Shown piece by piece: positions 51,096-61,533 of a stretch of 64,000 nucleotides of DNA. Each line of letters opens with the position of its first letter. Positions within the stretch are counted from its first letter, which is position 1. Both the position numbers and the translations under genes were made by a program. Below the pieces are notes generated by a model. It was given only the letters and a program-made list of their open reading frames with translations, had not been told where the DNA came from and made no database searches. Origin of the DNA: Chloroflexota bacterium (GTDB taxonomy: Bacteria > Chloroflexota > Limnocylindria > Limnocylindrales > CSP1-4); the NCBI GenBank assembly GCA_919901745.1, contig CAKKPP010000004.1:121818-185817 (forward strand). The letters run 5' to 3'.

Positions 51096-52628
51096 TCAGT
51101 CGGGGGGGGTGGCGATCTGGGCGCGGTGCAGCTTGCCGGAGAAGTCGACATAGATCGACTTCCACTCGAGATACGTGTCGAGCGCGGCGTGGCCCGCCTC
51201 ACGGTGGCCGTTGCCGGTCTCCTTCCAGCCACCGAACGGGAGGTGCGTTTCGGCGCCGGTGGTCCCGGCGTTGATGTAGACGATCCCCGTCTCGAAGTCG
51301 CGCATCGCCCGGAAGGCCGCGTTGGCGTCACTCGTGAAGATCGATGACGAAAGCCCGTACCGAGTCTGGTTCAGCGCGATGACGGCAGCGTCGTAGCCGT
51401 CCACCGGGATGACCGACAGGACCGGCCCGAAGATCTCTTCCTGGCCGATCCGGTCCATCGGGCGAACACCGGAGAAGATCGTCGGGGCGAAGAAGTGCCC
51501 GTGGGCGAGGTCGCCCGCGGTCGCTCGCTCGCCGCCGACGATCAGCTCGCCTTCCGAGCGGCCGATATCGATGTAACCGGCGACCTTGTCGACCGCGCCG
51601 GCGTTGATGAGCGGACCGACATCGACGCTGGGATCCGCGCCGGAACCCAGCCGGAGCGCCCGAGCCCGCGTTTCCAGCCGTCCGAGCAACCGATCGACGA
51701 CCGTGCGATCGACGATCACTCGCGAGCAGGCGGTGCAGCGCTGACCAGTCGTCCCGAACGCCGACCAGAGGATGCCGTCCGTCGCCAGGTCGAGATCCGC
51801 GTCGGCGAGGACGACGACGCCGTTCTTGCCGCCAAGCTCCAGGGACAGTCGCTTGAGGCGCCGCCCGGCCCGTTCGGCGATGTGCTTGCCGGTCGCCGAT
51901 GAGCCCGTGAAGGAGATCACCGCGACGTCCGGCGACTCGACGATCGCGTCGCCCACCTCCGCGCCGGAGCCGGTCACGAGGTTGACGGTCCCGGGCGGGA
52001 ACCCAGCCTCGGCCATGAGCTCCACGAGGAGCGTCGCGCAGTGCGGCGTGTCGCTGGCCGGCTTGAACACGACGGTGTTCCCGGCCACGAGGGCCGGCAT
52101 CATCTTCCAGCACGGGATCGCGATCGGGAAGTTCCACGGCGTGATGATCCCGGCGACCCCGATCGGTTGGCGGATGCTCATCGCCCACTTGTCGGGCAGC
52201 TCCGAGGGAACGGTGTCGCCGAACATCCGCCGCCCCTCGCCGGCCATCAGGAAGGCGATGTCGATGCCCTCCTGGACGTCGCCGCGGGCCTCCGCGATGA
52301 CCTTGCCCATCTCGCGGGTCATCGCCTGCGCGAGGCGCTCCTTGTGCTGCGCCATGAGCTGACCGAAGGCGTACAGGATCTCGCCGCGCTTCGGGGCGGG
52401 CATCGCCCGCCACACAGGGAAGGCAGTCTCCGCCGCGCGGATCGCCCGCGCGGCGTCCGCGGCGGTGCCGGCCTGGAAGCGTCCGATGAGATCGCGCCTA
52501 TCGGCTGGATTGCGGCTCTCGAACGTCTGGCCGCCCGTGGACTCCACCCATTCCCCGCCGATGAACAGGCCGAACGTGGGGACGCCCTGTCGGGTCAGCG
52601 CGGCGGCGGCCGTTGCGATCTCAGCCAT
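51096..52628 (-). CDS. Aldehyde dehydrogenase family protein
   Basis: ITPWNFP, FTGS, LELGGKN, GQRCTA, EEIFGP. Confidence 0.95.
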   Translation of the reverse strand: MAEIATAAAALTRQGVPTFGLFIGGEWVESTGGQTFESRNPADRRDLIGRFQAGTAADAARAIRAAETAFPVWRAMPAPKRGEILYAFGQLMAQHKERLAQAMTREMGKVIAEARGDVQEGIDIAFLMAGEGRRMFGDTVPSELPDKWAMSIRQPIGVAGIITPWNFPIAIPCWKMMPALVAGNTVVFKPASDTPHCATLLVELMAEAGFPPGTVNLVTGSGAEVGDAIVESPDVAVISFTGSSATGKHIAERAGRRLKRLSLELGGKNGVVVLADADLDLATDGILWSAFGTTGQRCTACSRVIVDRTVVDRLLGRLETRARALRLGSGADPSVDVGPLINAGAVDKVAGYIDIGRSEGELIVGGERATAGDLAHGHFFAPTIFSGVRPMDRIGQEEIFGPVLSVIPVDGYDAAVIALNQTRYGLSSSIFTSDANAAFRAMRDFETGIVYINAGTTGAETHLPFGGWKETGNGHREAGHAALDTYLEWKSIYVDFSGKLHRAQIATPPD

Positions 52629-52652
52629 CGGTCGTTGTTCTCCCCAGTGTCG

Positions 52653-53888
52653 CTAGACGCGCTCGAACGCCATGGCGACGGAGCCACCGCCGCCCAGGCA
52701 GAGCGTGGCGAGACCATAACGGCCTTCGCGGCGGCGGAGCTCGTGAAGTAATGTCGCCACGATCCGGGCACCGCTGGCCCCGATCGGGTGCCCCAGGGCG
52801 ATTGCTCCGCCGTTCACGTTGACGCGATCCCAGTCGAACCCGAGCTCGTTGCCGTCGGCCAGCGTCTGCGCGGCGAACGCCTCGTTGATCTCGATCAGAT
52901 CGAAGGCGTCGATCGTCATGTCGATGCGCTCCAGCAGACGCCGGACACCGGTGATCGGCGCGAGAAACAGCCACTTTGGCGCGACCTCGGCCTGGGCGTA
53001 GCCGACGATCCGGGCGAGGGGCTTGAGGCCGAGGCGTTCGACAGCGCGCTCACTTGCAACGACCGTCGCGGCGGCCCCGTCCGTGATCCCGGGTGCGTTC
53101 CCGGCCGTCACGGTGCCCGTCTCCGCGTCGCCGGCGTCGTCGCCCTCGGGTAGATCGAAGACCGGCCTGAGGCGAGCCAGGGCCTCAAGGGAGGTGTCGC
53201 GCCGCGGACCCTCGTCCTCCGAAACGACCGTTTCGCGACCCTTCGCGTCGCGGATCGTGACTGGGGCCATCTCGGCGGCGTACCGGCCGGCATCCATCGC
53301 GGCAATCGCCCGCTGGTGGCTCGTGACCGCGAAGGCGTCCTGCGCCTCGCGCGACACGGTGTTGCTGATCGCGACCCGCTCAGCGTGCGTACCCATGTGG
53401 CAGCCCTCGACGCTGCACCACAGCCCGTCGAGGACCGTCGCGTCCTGGACGATCCCGTCCCCGAGCCGATACCCGAACCGGGCCTTCGGCAGGAGGAACG
53501 GCGCCAGGTTCATGCTCTCCATCCCGCCCGCGACGGCGACCTCCGCGTCGCCGGCCCGGATCTCGGCGGCGGCGAGCATGATCGCCTTCAGGCCGGAGCC
53601 ACAGACGCGATTGATCGTCGTGGCGCTCGTCGTGTCCGGGAGGCCGCCGCGCAGGGCCGCCTGGCGAGCCGGCGCCTGCCCGGCGCCGGCCTGGATGACC
53701 TGGCCCATGAGGACCTCGTCGATCGGCGTCCCGTCGGGCAGCGCCGCCCGCTCGAGGGCTGCGCGAATCGCGACGCCCCCGAGCTCCACCGCGGGCGTGG
53801 TCGAGAGGGCACCGCCGAACTTGCCGATGGGCGTTCGTGCGGCGCTGACGATGAAGACGTCGCCATCGGCGCCGGCGGCGGCGTTCAT
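52653..53888 (-). CDS. Acetyl-CoA C-acetyltransferase (thiolase)
   Basis: INRVCGSG, INEAFA, GHPIGASG, LCLGGG. Alternative start 53918. Confidence 0.95.
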   Translation of the reverse strand: MNAAAGADGDVFIVSAARTPIGKFGGALSTTPAVELGGVAIRAALERAALPDGTPIDEVLMGQVIQAGAGQAPARQAALRGGLPDTTSATTINRVCGSGLKAIMLAAAEIRAGDAEVAVAGGMESMNLAPFLLPKARFGYRLGDGIVQDATVLDGLWCSVEGCHMGTHAERVAISNTVSREAQDAFAVTSHQRAIAAMDAGRYAAEMAPVTIRDAKGRETVVSEDEGPRRDTSLEALARLRPVFDLPEGDDAGDAETGTVTAGNAPGITDGAAATVVASERAVERLGLKPLARIVGYAQAEVAPKWLFLAPITGVRRLLERIDMTIDAFDLIEINEAFAAQTLADGNELGFDWDRVNVNGGAIALGHPIGASGARIVATLLHELRRREGRYGLATLCLGGGGSVAMAFERV

Positions 53889-53984
53889 TCGGCGGATGGT
53901 CGACCGGCTCCTTGGCATCCCGGACCCATGATAGCCGCCGACGACCCCGACCTCAGGCCCGTCGGAGGGTCCCCGACTCCGGCG

Positions 53985-56180
53985 TCAGTGGCACGAGGAG
54001 CTGCCGGAGTCCGTGTAGGTATCACCGGCGATCGGGACGAACTGCCACGCGTACCCCGTCTCTGTCAGATCGAGACGGAGTACCCCAAAGTCCGTCGAGT
54101 TGCGGGCCTCGCTGTTGGGATGGATCGAGTTGAAACTGACCAGGCTCCGGCCGCCGGTCCCCACGGTGAACTGGCGGATCCCGTTGGCGACGTCCAGTGT
54201 CCCGTTCGGTTGCATCGGCGCGAACCGTTCGTAGACGTGGTCGTGCGCGGACAGCACGACATCAGCGCCGTAGTCCTGGAGTGCCTGCCAGAAGGCCGTG
54301 TAGGTGGAGCTGCCACCAGCGCCAGCCGAGCTGAACCTGGGTCGGTGCCAGTACGCGAGCGTGCACGCCGCCGGATTGGCAGCGAGGTCGGCCCGGAGCC
54401 AGGTCTCCTGCGTGGAGCCCGCCCCACAGCCGCCGACCTGTGAGCACTCGGTGTTGAGGACGATCACGTGCCACGCGCCGACGTTGTAGCTGTAGTAGCC
54501 GGTCCCGGGACTCCCGGCCGCCGCCCCGAAGTAGTTGAAGTAACCGGACGCGCCAGACGTGCCGTACTCGTGGTTGCCGGTTGCCGGTCGGGTCCGGGCC
54601 TTGTGCCGGCCCCACGAGGGTTCGTAGCAGTCCGCGAACTCCTGGGCCGTGCCGTTCTCGTACACGTTGTCGCCGATCGTGTACACCGTGCCGCCGATGC
54701 TGTCCAGGAGGTTGGCGGTCGCCTCGTCTCCGGACTGTCCGCAGGTGGCGATGTCGCCTGCACCGACGAGGATGGCCCCACCCGGCGGCGGCGTCGGCGC
54801 GGGCTGCACCACCACGGCGCCGGACACCAGCTTGCTGTTGGAACCCGAACCATTCGAGACCGTCAGCCTGACGTTGTAGGTCCCGGGGGTCCCGTACGAG
54901 AACGACGGATTCCGGACCGTCGAGTCCGCGACGCCGTCGTCCTGGAAGTCCCAGGTCCACGACGTCGGCCCGCCGCTCGAGAGATCGGTGAACTGGACCA
55001 GCAGTGGAGCCACGCCGGTTGTCGGAGTGGCGCTGAAGTCGGCCGTCGGAGCCGAAGCCGCGCCCTGGTCAACGATGAGCTGTGGCGGACTCTGGCTCTC
55101 GCGGGTCGCGTAGTAGGCGCTGTTGGAGCCGCCATCGGCAATCCCGAAGCTGACCGTCCCGTCGCCGACGATCGATGATGGGGAGAGGGTGATCTCGGCC
55201 CAGGTCCCCACGTTGACGTTTCCGGCGGCTCCAACCGGTGCGCCGCTGATCGCCGGCGCGGTATTCCATGTCAGGGATCCCTCGGTCCAGCTGTCGGCGA
55301 CACGGTAGACGTTCCCGCCGTCGGGGCTTGGATCGTCCACCCACAGGCGAAGGGTGACCGCCGTCGGCGTCGCGGTCAGGCCGGCCACCACGAACTGGAC
55401 GAACGAGCGTGCGATCGCAGTTCCGCTGTCGCGGACGCGCATCGAGGTCGATCCGCCGTAGTTCGATGTGGGGTACGAGTTCTGAACCTGGCCGTCGGCA
55501 GCGGGTTCGAAGACGAGAACCGGTCCCGGGGTCGGGGTGGGCGTTGGTGTTGGCGTCGGGGTCGGGGTCGGGGTGGGCGTTGGTGTTGACGTCGGTTCGT
55601 CAACAGCGACGACCAGCTCCGGCGCATTGATGCCCTCGCGGGTACTGAAGTAGACCGAGTTCGAGCTGGTGCTCGCGATGGCGAAGCTGTACGTGCCGTC
55701 GGCAGGCACGGCTCCCGGACCGAGCTCGAGTTCGATCCAGGTTCCGGAGCTCACTCGGCCTGCACTCGCGAGTGGCGCGCCTCCGACCGGCGGCGCGCTC
55801 GCCCACGTGAGGTTCAACTCCGTCCAGGTGCTGGCAACGGCATAGACGCTCCCGCCGTCGGGGCTGCCATCCGTCACGAACAGCCGCAGGCGCACCGATG
55901 ACGGCGTCCCGGAGAGTCCGGCAACCACGAACTGGACGAACGAGCGTGCGACCCCACCGCCGCTCGACCGCGCGCGCATGGTGGTCAGCGTGCCGTAGTT
56001 CCTGGTTGGGTAGCCGTCCTGGACCTGCGCGTCACCCGCGGACGGGTATGCGACGGGACCGGCGGCCTCGACGAGCGTGCTGGGTGTCCAGGCGGCAGCG
56101 CCGACGAGGAGTGCCACAACCGGGACCAGCCGGCGCAGCTCCACTCGCAGGACTCGGCGGCGGGTGGGTCGCTGGCTCAT
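53985..56180 (-). CDS. Secreted multidomain metallophosphoesterase (2 DNRLRE/CBM96-like domains, PT linker, PKD domain)
   Basis: Signal peptide; two DAQVQ..YPT.NYG domains; (PT)n; PTADF...WDF PKD; GDIA, GDNVY, GNHE, AHDHVYER. Confidence 0.85.
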   Translation of the reverse strand: MSQRPTRRRVLRVELRRLVPVVALLVGAAAWTPSTLVEAAGPVAYPSAGDAQVQDGYPTRNYGTLTTMRARSSGGGVARSFVQFVVAGLSGTPSSVRLRLFVTDGSPDGGSVYAVASTWTELNLTWASAPPVGGAPLASAGRVSSGTWIELELGPGAVPADGTYSFAIASTSSNSVYFSTREGINAPELVVAVDEPTSTPTPTPTPTPTPTPTPTPTPGPVLVFEPAADGQVQNSYPTSNYGGSTSMRVRDSGTAIARSFVQFVVAGLTATPTAVTLRLWVDDPSPDGGNVYRVADSWTEGSLTWNTAPAISGAPVGAAGNVNVGTWAEITLSPSSIVGDGTVSFGIADGGSNSAYYATRESQSPPQLIVDQGAASAPTADFSATPTTGVAPLLVQFTDLSSGGPTSWTWDFQDDGVADSTVRNPSFSYGTPGTYNVRLTVSNGSGSNSKLVSGAVVVQPAPTPPPGGAILVGAGDIATCGQSGDEATANLLDSIGGTVYTIGDNVYENGTAQEFADCYEPSWGRHKARTRPATGNHEYGTSGASGYFNYFGAAAGSPGTGYYSYNVGAWHVIVLNTECSQVGGCGAGSTQETWLRADLAANPAACTLAYWHRPRFSSAGAGGSSTYTAFWQALQDYGADVVLSAHDHVYERFAPMQPNGTLDVANGIRQFTVGTGGRSLVSFNSIHPNSEARNSTDFGVLRLDLTETGYAWQFVPIAGDTYTDSGSSSCH

Positions 56181-56329
56181 CCGACGGGCGAACTCGGGAG
56201 CGGGCAGGTCACTTCAAGTGGTCGTCCTGGCGACAGACTGGCGTCCTCCCGAGCCTACCATCCTTCGCAACCCCCCCTCCTGCGCACACCGAGCGCGCCA
56301 TGGCGATGGCACAAGCCCAAGCGGCAGCC

Positions 56330-57520
56330 TCAACCGGCCCGAGCCCGGGCGAGGACCTCGTCGGCGACGATCACCCGATGGATCTGATTGGTTCCCTCGT
56401 AGATCTGGGCACCCTTGGCGTCGCGCAGCAGCCGCTCGATCCCGGTCTCCCGCGAGTAGCCGCTGGCGCCGAAGAGTTGGACGGCATCGGTGGTCACGCG
56501 CATCGCGGCATCTGAGGACGTCCACTTTGCGAGCGATGACACCTCTCCCAGCGGTTCTCCGCGATCCTTGGCCGCGGCGGCCTGATGGGTGAGTGCCCGC
56601 GCCGCCGCCACCTCGCGAGCCATCTCCGCGAGCATGAACCGGAGACCCTGCTGCTCGGCCAGCGGCGCCCCGAACGCCCGCCGTTCCAGCAGGTACGCCG
56701 CCGACTGCTCGAGGGCGGAGCGCGCCAGACCCACGCATGCGGCGGCAATCGAGATCCGTCCCTCAGCCAGTGCCGACAGGGCGATCCGGTAGCCATCACC
56801 TTCGGCGCCGAGCCGATCGGCCGACGGCACGACCGCCCCGTCGAACACGAGTTCCGCTGCTGGAGTGGATCGGATCCCCATTTTTCGCTCGTGCGTCCCG
56901 AACCGGAAGCCTGGCGTCCCCTTCCGAACGAGAAACGCGGTGATCGCGTTCGCGCCCTCCGAGGGATCCAGCGTCGCAAACACGAGGTAGTGATCGGCTT
57001 CCGGGGCATTCGTGATCCAGATCTTCGTGCCGTCCAGATGGTAGCCCGCGCCGCCGTCGGCGGCGTCGACCCGCGTCGCGCGGAGGCGAATGGCCGACGC
57101 ATCGCTGCCGGCCGTCGGCTCCGTCAGCGCGAAGGCGCCGAGTGCCTCACCGGCGAGCATCGACGGAAGCCACCGACCTTGCTGCTCCGGAGTACCCCAG
57201 GTCACGATCGGAAACTGGGCGAGGATGTGGACGGACAGCGTCACGGCGCTGGCCATGTCCGCCGCACCCAGCTCTTCCATGGCCAGCGACCATCCGAGGT
57301 ACGAGAACCCGGCACCGCCGACCGCGGTCGGAAACGGCGCACCGGTCAGCCCCAGCTCGCCCATCCGGACGAAGATCGACCGGTCGAACCGCTCCGCCTC
57401 GTCCCGTTCGCCGGCGCTCGGTGCGACCTCCCGCTGTGCGAACTCGCGGGCCGTCGCCTGGAGCAGCCGCTCCTCCTCGCTCAGGTATCCGGCCAGCGTG
57501 AACCTCCCTCTCGGCGTCAT
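56330..57520 (-). CDS. Acyl-CoA dehydrogenase
   Basis: FALTEPTAGSD, GTKIWITN, KMGIR, QLFGASGY, IYEGTNQI; ATG 57520. Confidence 0.95.
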   Translation of the reverse strand: MTPRGRFTLAGYLSEEERLLQATAREFAQREVAPSAGERDEAERFDRSIFVRMGELGLTGAPFPTAVGGAGFSYLGWSLAMEELGAADMASAVTLSVHILAQFPIVTWGTPEQQGRWLPSMLAGEALGAFALTEPTAGSDASAIRLRATRVDAADGGAGYHLDGTKIWITNAPEADHYLVFATLDPSEGANAITAFLVRKGTPGFRFGTHERKMGIRSTPAAELVFDGAVVPSADRLGAEGDGYRIALSALAEGRISIAAACVGLARSALEQSAAYLLERRAFGAPLAEQQGLRFMLAEMAREVAAARALTHQAAAAKDRGEPLGEVSSLAKWTSSDAAMRVTTDAVQLFGASGYSRETGIERLLRDAKGAQIYEGTNQIHRVIVADEVLARARAG

Positions 57521-57553
57521 CGTGGCCGCCGCGGCGAAAGGTAGGATACGCGC

Positions 57554-60500
57554 ATGCCCGAGCCACGAGCCGCCCGGCGGGCTCGACGCGTCGGAAAGGC
57601 CGACATGATCGCCGTCCTGGAACTCGTCGCTAGGACGGCCGACGACGCCATCGCCGTCACCGATCTCGATGCGCGGGTTGTCATCTGGAATGCGGCGTCC
57701 GAGCGGCTGTTCGGCATTCCGGCATCGCTGGCCCTGGGCCGGTCGATTTTCGACCTGTCTGAGCCGTTCATCGTGGGTCGCGGGGACGCCCGCGATCCTC
57801 GCCAGACGGCGCTGGCAACGGGATCGTGGCGCGGCCGGCGGATCGAACGGGCTCGGATCGGCCCCAACGCGGGGCGTGAGGTCATCGTCGAGTCCGCGCT
57901 CAGCCGCATCGACGACTCGGATGGCTCGGCAATTGGCGTCATCAGCATCAGACGAGATGTCACGGCCTCGGTCCGCCTGGAACAGGAGCTTGCGGCCCTG
58001 GGAACGCTCGCGACGGCAACCGGGGTCGCGCGGACTCGGGAGGAGGTCGCCGACGGCGCGATCGGGCTTCTGTGCACCGCCACGAGGGCGGATTACGGGG
58101 TGATCATCCGCCATGACGACGGGGCGACCGTCGTCGAGGGCTCGCGCGGAAGCTGGCCTGAACTGGTGACGATCATCGGCGAAGGCGGCCCGGGAGACGC
58201 ACCGATGGCGGCCGCGCTGCGAACCCCCGGGGGGGTGTTGACCGGCACGCTCGAGACCCTCCCGATGCGACCCTCGTCGCGCGATGTGCTTCGCCGTCAC
58301 GGCGTCGCGGCCATGGCCACCGTCGGACTCCATCACCAGGGCGTCCTGACCGGGCGGATTGCGCTGGGCTGGAAGGAGGCGACGGCGGCCCGTCCGTCCG
58401 AGGCGGCACTCGTCCAGGCCGCGGCGCACGTCGAACATGCCCTCGAGAACATCACGCTGGTCGAACGCATCGTCAACCAGGCGAGCTCCGAACGGCGCCA
58501 GACTGCCCAGTTGCGTGCCCTCGACGAATTGACGAAGCTGGGCCAGGAGTCGCAGACCACGGAAGCACTGGCCGGACGATCGGCCCGCCTGATCAACAGC
58601 GCCGTGGGTGCGGTGGGGACGGCGTACGGGCTCATCGACACCGTCGAGCCGGGACGCGGACGCTACGGCACATCCGAGTTCGTCAACCTTCCAGACGCGT
58701 TGTCCCGGCACCTCGAAGGACGATCCTCGCTCGAACGATTGGCCCTCACCCGGTGGCTTTCCGGCGAGGGGAGCTTCGTCCAGGACTGCCCCACCCAGGA
58801 TGGGCTGGACGAGGCCGCAGCAGCCGCAGCGGCCGCGGGATTCCGGAGCCTGGCCGCCATCCCGATTCGGGTGGACGGTCAGCTCGCGGGCGGCATCGTC
58901 GCCTTCTTCGACACCACGCGCGACCAGGTGACGATCGATCAGGGCGGGCTCGATGCCATCGAGCGGACCGTCGGCATCTCGCTGGCCAACCACCGCCTCC
59001 GCGAGCACCTGTCGGCGTCCGAGCGGCGCTATCGGACGCTGTTCGACGAATCGCCCGAGGCTCTGCTGCTCGAGACCTGGACCGGCGAGATCGTCGACGC
59101 CAACGCGGCGGCGCTGCGCACGTTTCGGACGGATCGGGCCGGGCTGGTGGGCCGAGTCGGCTCCGAGGTGACCGGCATGGAGCCGGAGTCGCTGAGGGGG
59201 GCCCACGCGGCCGGAAGGAGCGTGGGTTCGGCGACGATCCGCTCGACGGGAACCGCGATCGACGGCCGGTCGTTCCCGATCGAGCTCGAGATCGCCCCCG
59301 TCGAGATCGATGGAGCGTCGCGCCTCCTCGTCCTCGTGCGCGACCTGTCGATCCAGGCCGAGCTCCAGGCTGAACTCATCCAGGCCCAGAAGATGGATGC
59401 GATCGGGCAGCTCGTGTCCGGCGTCGCCCATGAACTCAACAATCCGCTGGCGGCGATCATCGCGTTCAGCCAGTTGATCCGTCGCGATCCGAACCTGCCG
59501 GACGACCTTCGACGAGACGCCGACGCGCTCAACCAGGAAGCCGATCGAACGCGCCGAATCGTCCAGAACCTGCTCGACTTCGCACGACAGCGCCCCCCGG
59601 AACGGCACCCGACGCGACTCGACGCGCTCGTTCGAACGGTTCTCGAGCTGCAGGCCTACATGCTCTCGACCAATCGCATCGAGGTCACGCTCGACATCCC
59701 CGCCTCGCTGCCGTCGGTCCCGATCGATCGATCACAGCTGCAGCAGGTGCTGCTGAACCTGACCAGGAACGCCGTCCAGGCGGTGGCGTCGGCCGCAGAT
59801 CATGGTCGGATCGCCTTCTCGGCGCGGGAGTTCGACGCCGGCCCCCCGACTGCGACGCGCCGCATGATCCGGCTCGCCGTGACCGACGACGGACCCGGCG
59901 TCAAGGTGGAGCATCGGGATCGCCTGTTTCTGCCGTTCTTCACGACCAAGCCGCCGGGCGAAGGCACCGGCCTGGGCCTGCCGGTTTCGTTCGGTATCGT
60001 GGCGGCCCACAACGGCCACCTTCGATTCGAGCCCGGCCCGGGCGGCCGTGGAGCCACGTTCGTCATCGAGTTGCCCGTCGATGCCGATGCTGCGGGGCCC
60101 GGCCCGGTTCGTGTCAAGGGCAGTGCCCGATCGGAGGAGACGCCTCAGGCGGGTGTCGACCCGCCGGCGGAGATCGGGACGGAGGCCGTCGTCACCAGCT
60201 TGATGTCGAGCGCTCGCGCGGCCGCACCGGCGGCGACGATCCTGGTCCTCGACGACGAGCCGTCGATCCGGCTCCTCCTCTCCAGGATTCTTCGCTCTGC
60301 CGGGCATCGACCGTTGATGGCTGCCGACGGCCCGGAGGCGCTCGCACTCGTGCGGCGCGGTGACGTTCAGGCGGTGCTATGCGACCATCGCATGGCGGGG
60401 ATGAGCGGGATCGATGTCTTCGAGGCCGTCGTGGCGCTCCGTCCGGATCTGGCGACCCGCTTCGTGTTCATGAGCGGCGACGTCCTCAACGCCGAGCTGC

Positions 60501-60685
60501 GCGAGTTTGCACACGACCGTGGCATCGGCCTCCTCGCCAAGCCGTTTGACGTCGAAGCCGCCGTGGGCGCCATCGACAACCTGCTGCGGGGCGAGCCGAT
60601 CGGGGGTCCCGTCGTGCCCGCGGACGCCGGCACCGTGGTGAACCCGGCGCGCGACGGCCCTCAACCCTCCCGCGAGCGGGGATAG
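57554..60685 (+). CDS. Cytoplasmic PAS/GAF hybrid histidine kinase with receiver domain
   Basis: PAS, two GAF-like domains, PAS, GVAHELNNPL, FFTTK..GEGTGLGL, ILVLDDE receiver. Confidence 0.92.
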   Translation: MPEPRAARRARRVGKADMIAVLELVARTADDAIAVTDLDARVVIWNAASERLFGIPASLALGRSIFDLSEPFIVGRGDARDPRQTALATGSWRGRRIERARIGPNAGREVIVESALSRIDDSDGSAIGVISIRRDVTASVRLEQELAALGTLATATGVARTREEVADGAIGLLCTATRADYGVIIRHDDGATVVEGSRGSWPELVTIIGEGGPGDAPMAAALRTPGGVLTGTLETLPMRPSSRDVLRRHGVAAMATVGLHHQGVLTGRIALGWKEATAARPSEAALVQAAAHVEHALENITLVERIVNQASSERRQTAQLRALDELTKLGQESQTTEALAGRSARLINSAVGAVGTAYGLIDTVEPGRGRYGTSEFVNLPDALSRHLEGRSSLERLALTRWLSGEGSFVQDCPTQDGLDEAAAAAAAAGFRSLAAIPIRVDGQLAGGIVAFFDTTRDQVTIDQGGLDAIERTVGISLANHRLREHLSASERRYRTLFDESPEALLLETWTGEIVDANAAALRTFRTDRAGLVGRVGSEVTGMEPESLRGAHAAGRSVGSATIRSTGTAIDGRSFPIELEIAPVEIDGASRLLVLVRDLSIQAELQAELIQAQKMDAIGQLVSGVAHELNNPLAAIIAFSQLIRRDPNLPDDLRRDADALNQEADRTRRIVQNLLDFARQRPPERHPTRLDALVRTVLELQAYMLSTNRIEVTLDIPASLPSVPIDRSQLQQVLLNLTRNAVQAVASAADHGRIAFSAREFDAGPPTATRRMIRLAVTDDGPGVKVEHRDRLFLPFFTTKPPGEGTGLGLPVSFGIVAAHNGHLRFEPGPGGRGATFVIELPVDADAAGPGPVRVKGSARSEETPQAGVDPPAEIGTEAVVTSLMSSARAAAPAATILVLDDEPSIRLLLSRILRSAGHRPLMAADGPEALALVRRGDVQAVLCDHRMAGMSGIDVFEAVVALRPDLATRFVFMSGDVLNAELREFAHDRGIGLLAKPFDVEAAVGAIDNLLRGEPIGGPVVPADAGTVVNPARDGPQPSRERG

Positions 60686-61533
60686 CGGTAAAAGCCCCGG
60701 CCGGTCTTCTGTCCGAGGTGCCCCGCCGCCACCAGCTCCTCCAGGAGTCGCGGGGGTCGGACATGTTCCTGCCCAAGCCCTTCGTGCAGAACGCGCATGA
60801 TCCCGAGGCAGACGTCGAGGCCGATGAAGTCGGCCAGCTCCAGCGGGCCCATGGGATGATTGAGACCGACCCGCGCCCCGATGTCGATGTCCTCGGCGGT
60901 ACCCAGCCCCTCCTCGAGGCCGCGCATGGCCTCCGCCAACAGCGGCATGAGGATCCGATTCACGATGAACCCCGGGCGGTCGGCCGACACGATGACCTGC
61001 TTGCCCATCTCGGCCGACAGGGCCCGCACGGCGGCCTCCGTCGGGTCATCGGTCGCGCTGCCCCGGATGACCTCCACGAGCGGCATCACCGGTACCGGGC
61101 TGAAGAAGTGCATGCCGATGAACTGCGCCCGACGGGCGGATGACAGGCACGCGGCGAGCCCATCGATGGAGATCGAGCTGGTGTTCGAGGCAAAGATCGA
61201 CGGCGGCGGCGCGATGCGGTCGAGCTCGGCCCAGAGCGCCGTCTTGACCGCCATGTCCTCGAACACGGCCTCCACGATCAGGTCCGCGTCGGCCGCATCG
61301 GCCACGGCATCGGTGACCGTGATGCGCTCGAGCAGGGCATCTCGCTGAGGCGCCTCCAGGCGTCCCTTCGTCACGGCGCGCTCAAGGTTCCCGGCGATCC
61401 GCTCGCGGCCCGCGATGGCCCGGTCCAGTTCAGGTTCATAGAGAGCGACGCGGCGCCCAGTTGCCGCCAGCACCTGGCCGATGCCGTGCCCCATCAGCCC
61501 GGCACCGGCGACGAACACCCGCTGGATGGTCAC
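60661..61533 (-). CDS. 3-hydroxybutyryl-CoA dehydrogenase
   Basis: GAGLMGHGI, EAVFE, SNTSS, GMHFFSP, PMGPLELAD, GQKTGRGFY. Confidence 0.93.
   Translation of the reverse strand: MTIQRVFVAGAGLMGHGIGQVLAATGRRVALYEPELDRAIAGRERIAGNLERAVTKGRLEAPQRDALLERITVTDAVADAADADLIVEAVFEDMAVKTALWAELDRIAPPPSIFASNTSSISIDGLAACLSSARRAQFIGMHFFSPVPVMPLVEVIRGSATDDPTEAAVRALSAEMGKQVIVSADRPGFIVNRILMPLLAEAMRGLEEGLGTAEDIDIGARVGLNHPMGPLELADFIGLDVCLGIMRVLHEGLGQEHVRPPRLLEELVAAGHLGQKTGRGFYRYPRSREG

Noticed and set aside
55525..55590. DNA repeats here and at 36990-37100 and 38484-38710
   Set aside because: Explained by Pro-Thr, Pro-Ser and acidic low-complexity protein segments.
57521..59608. Apparent 1092-aa acyl-CoA dehydrogenase with a long N-terminal extension
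   Set aside because: The extension is antisense to the PAS kinase; homology begins at ATG 57520.
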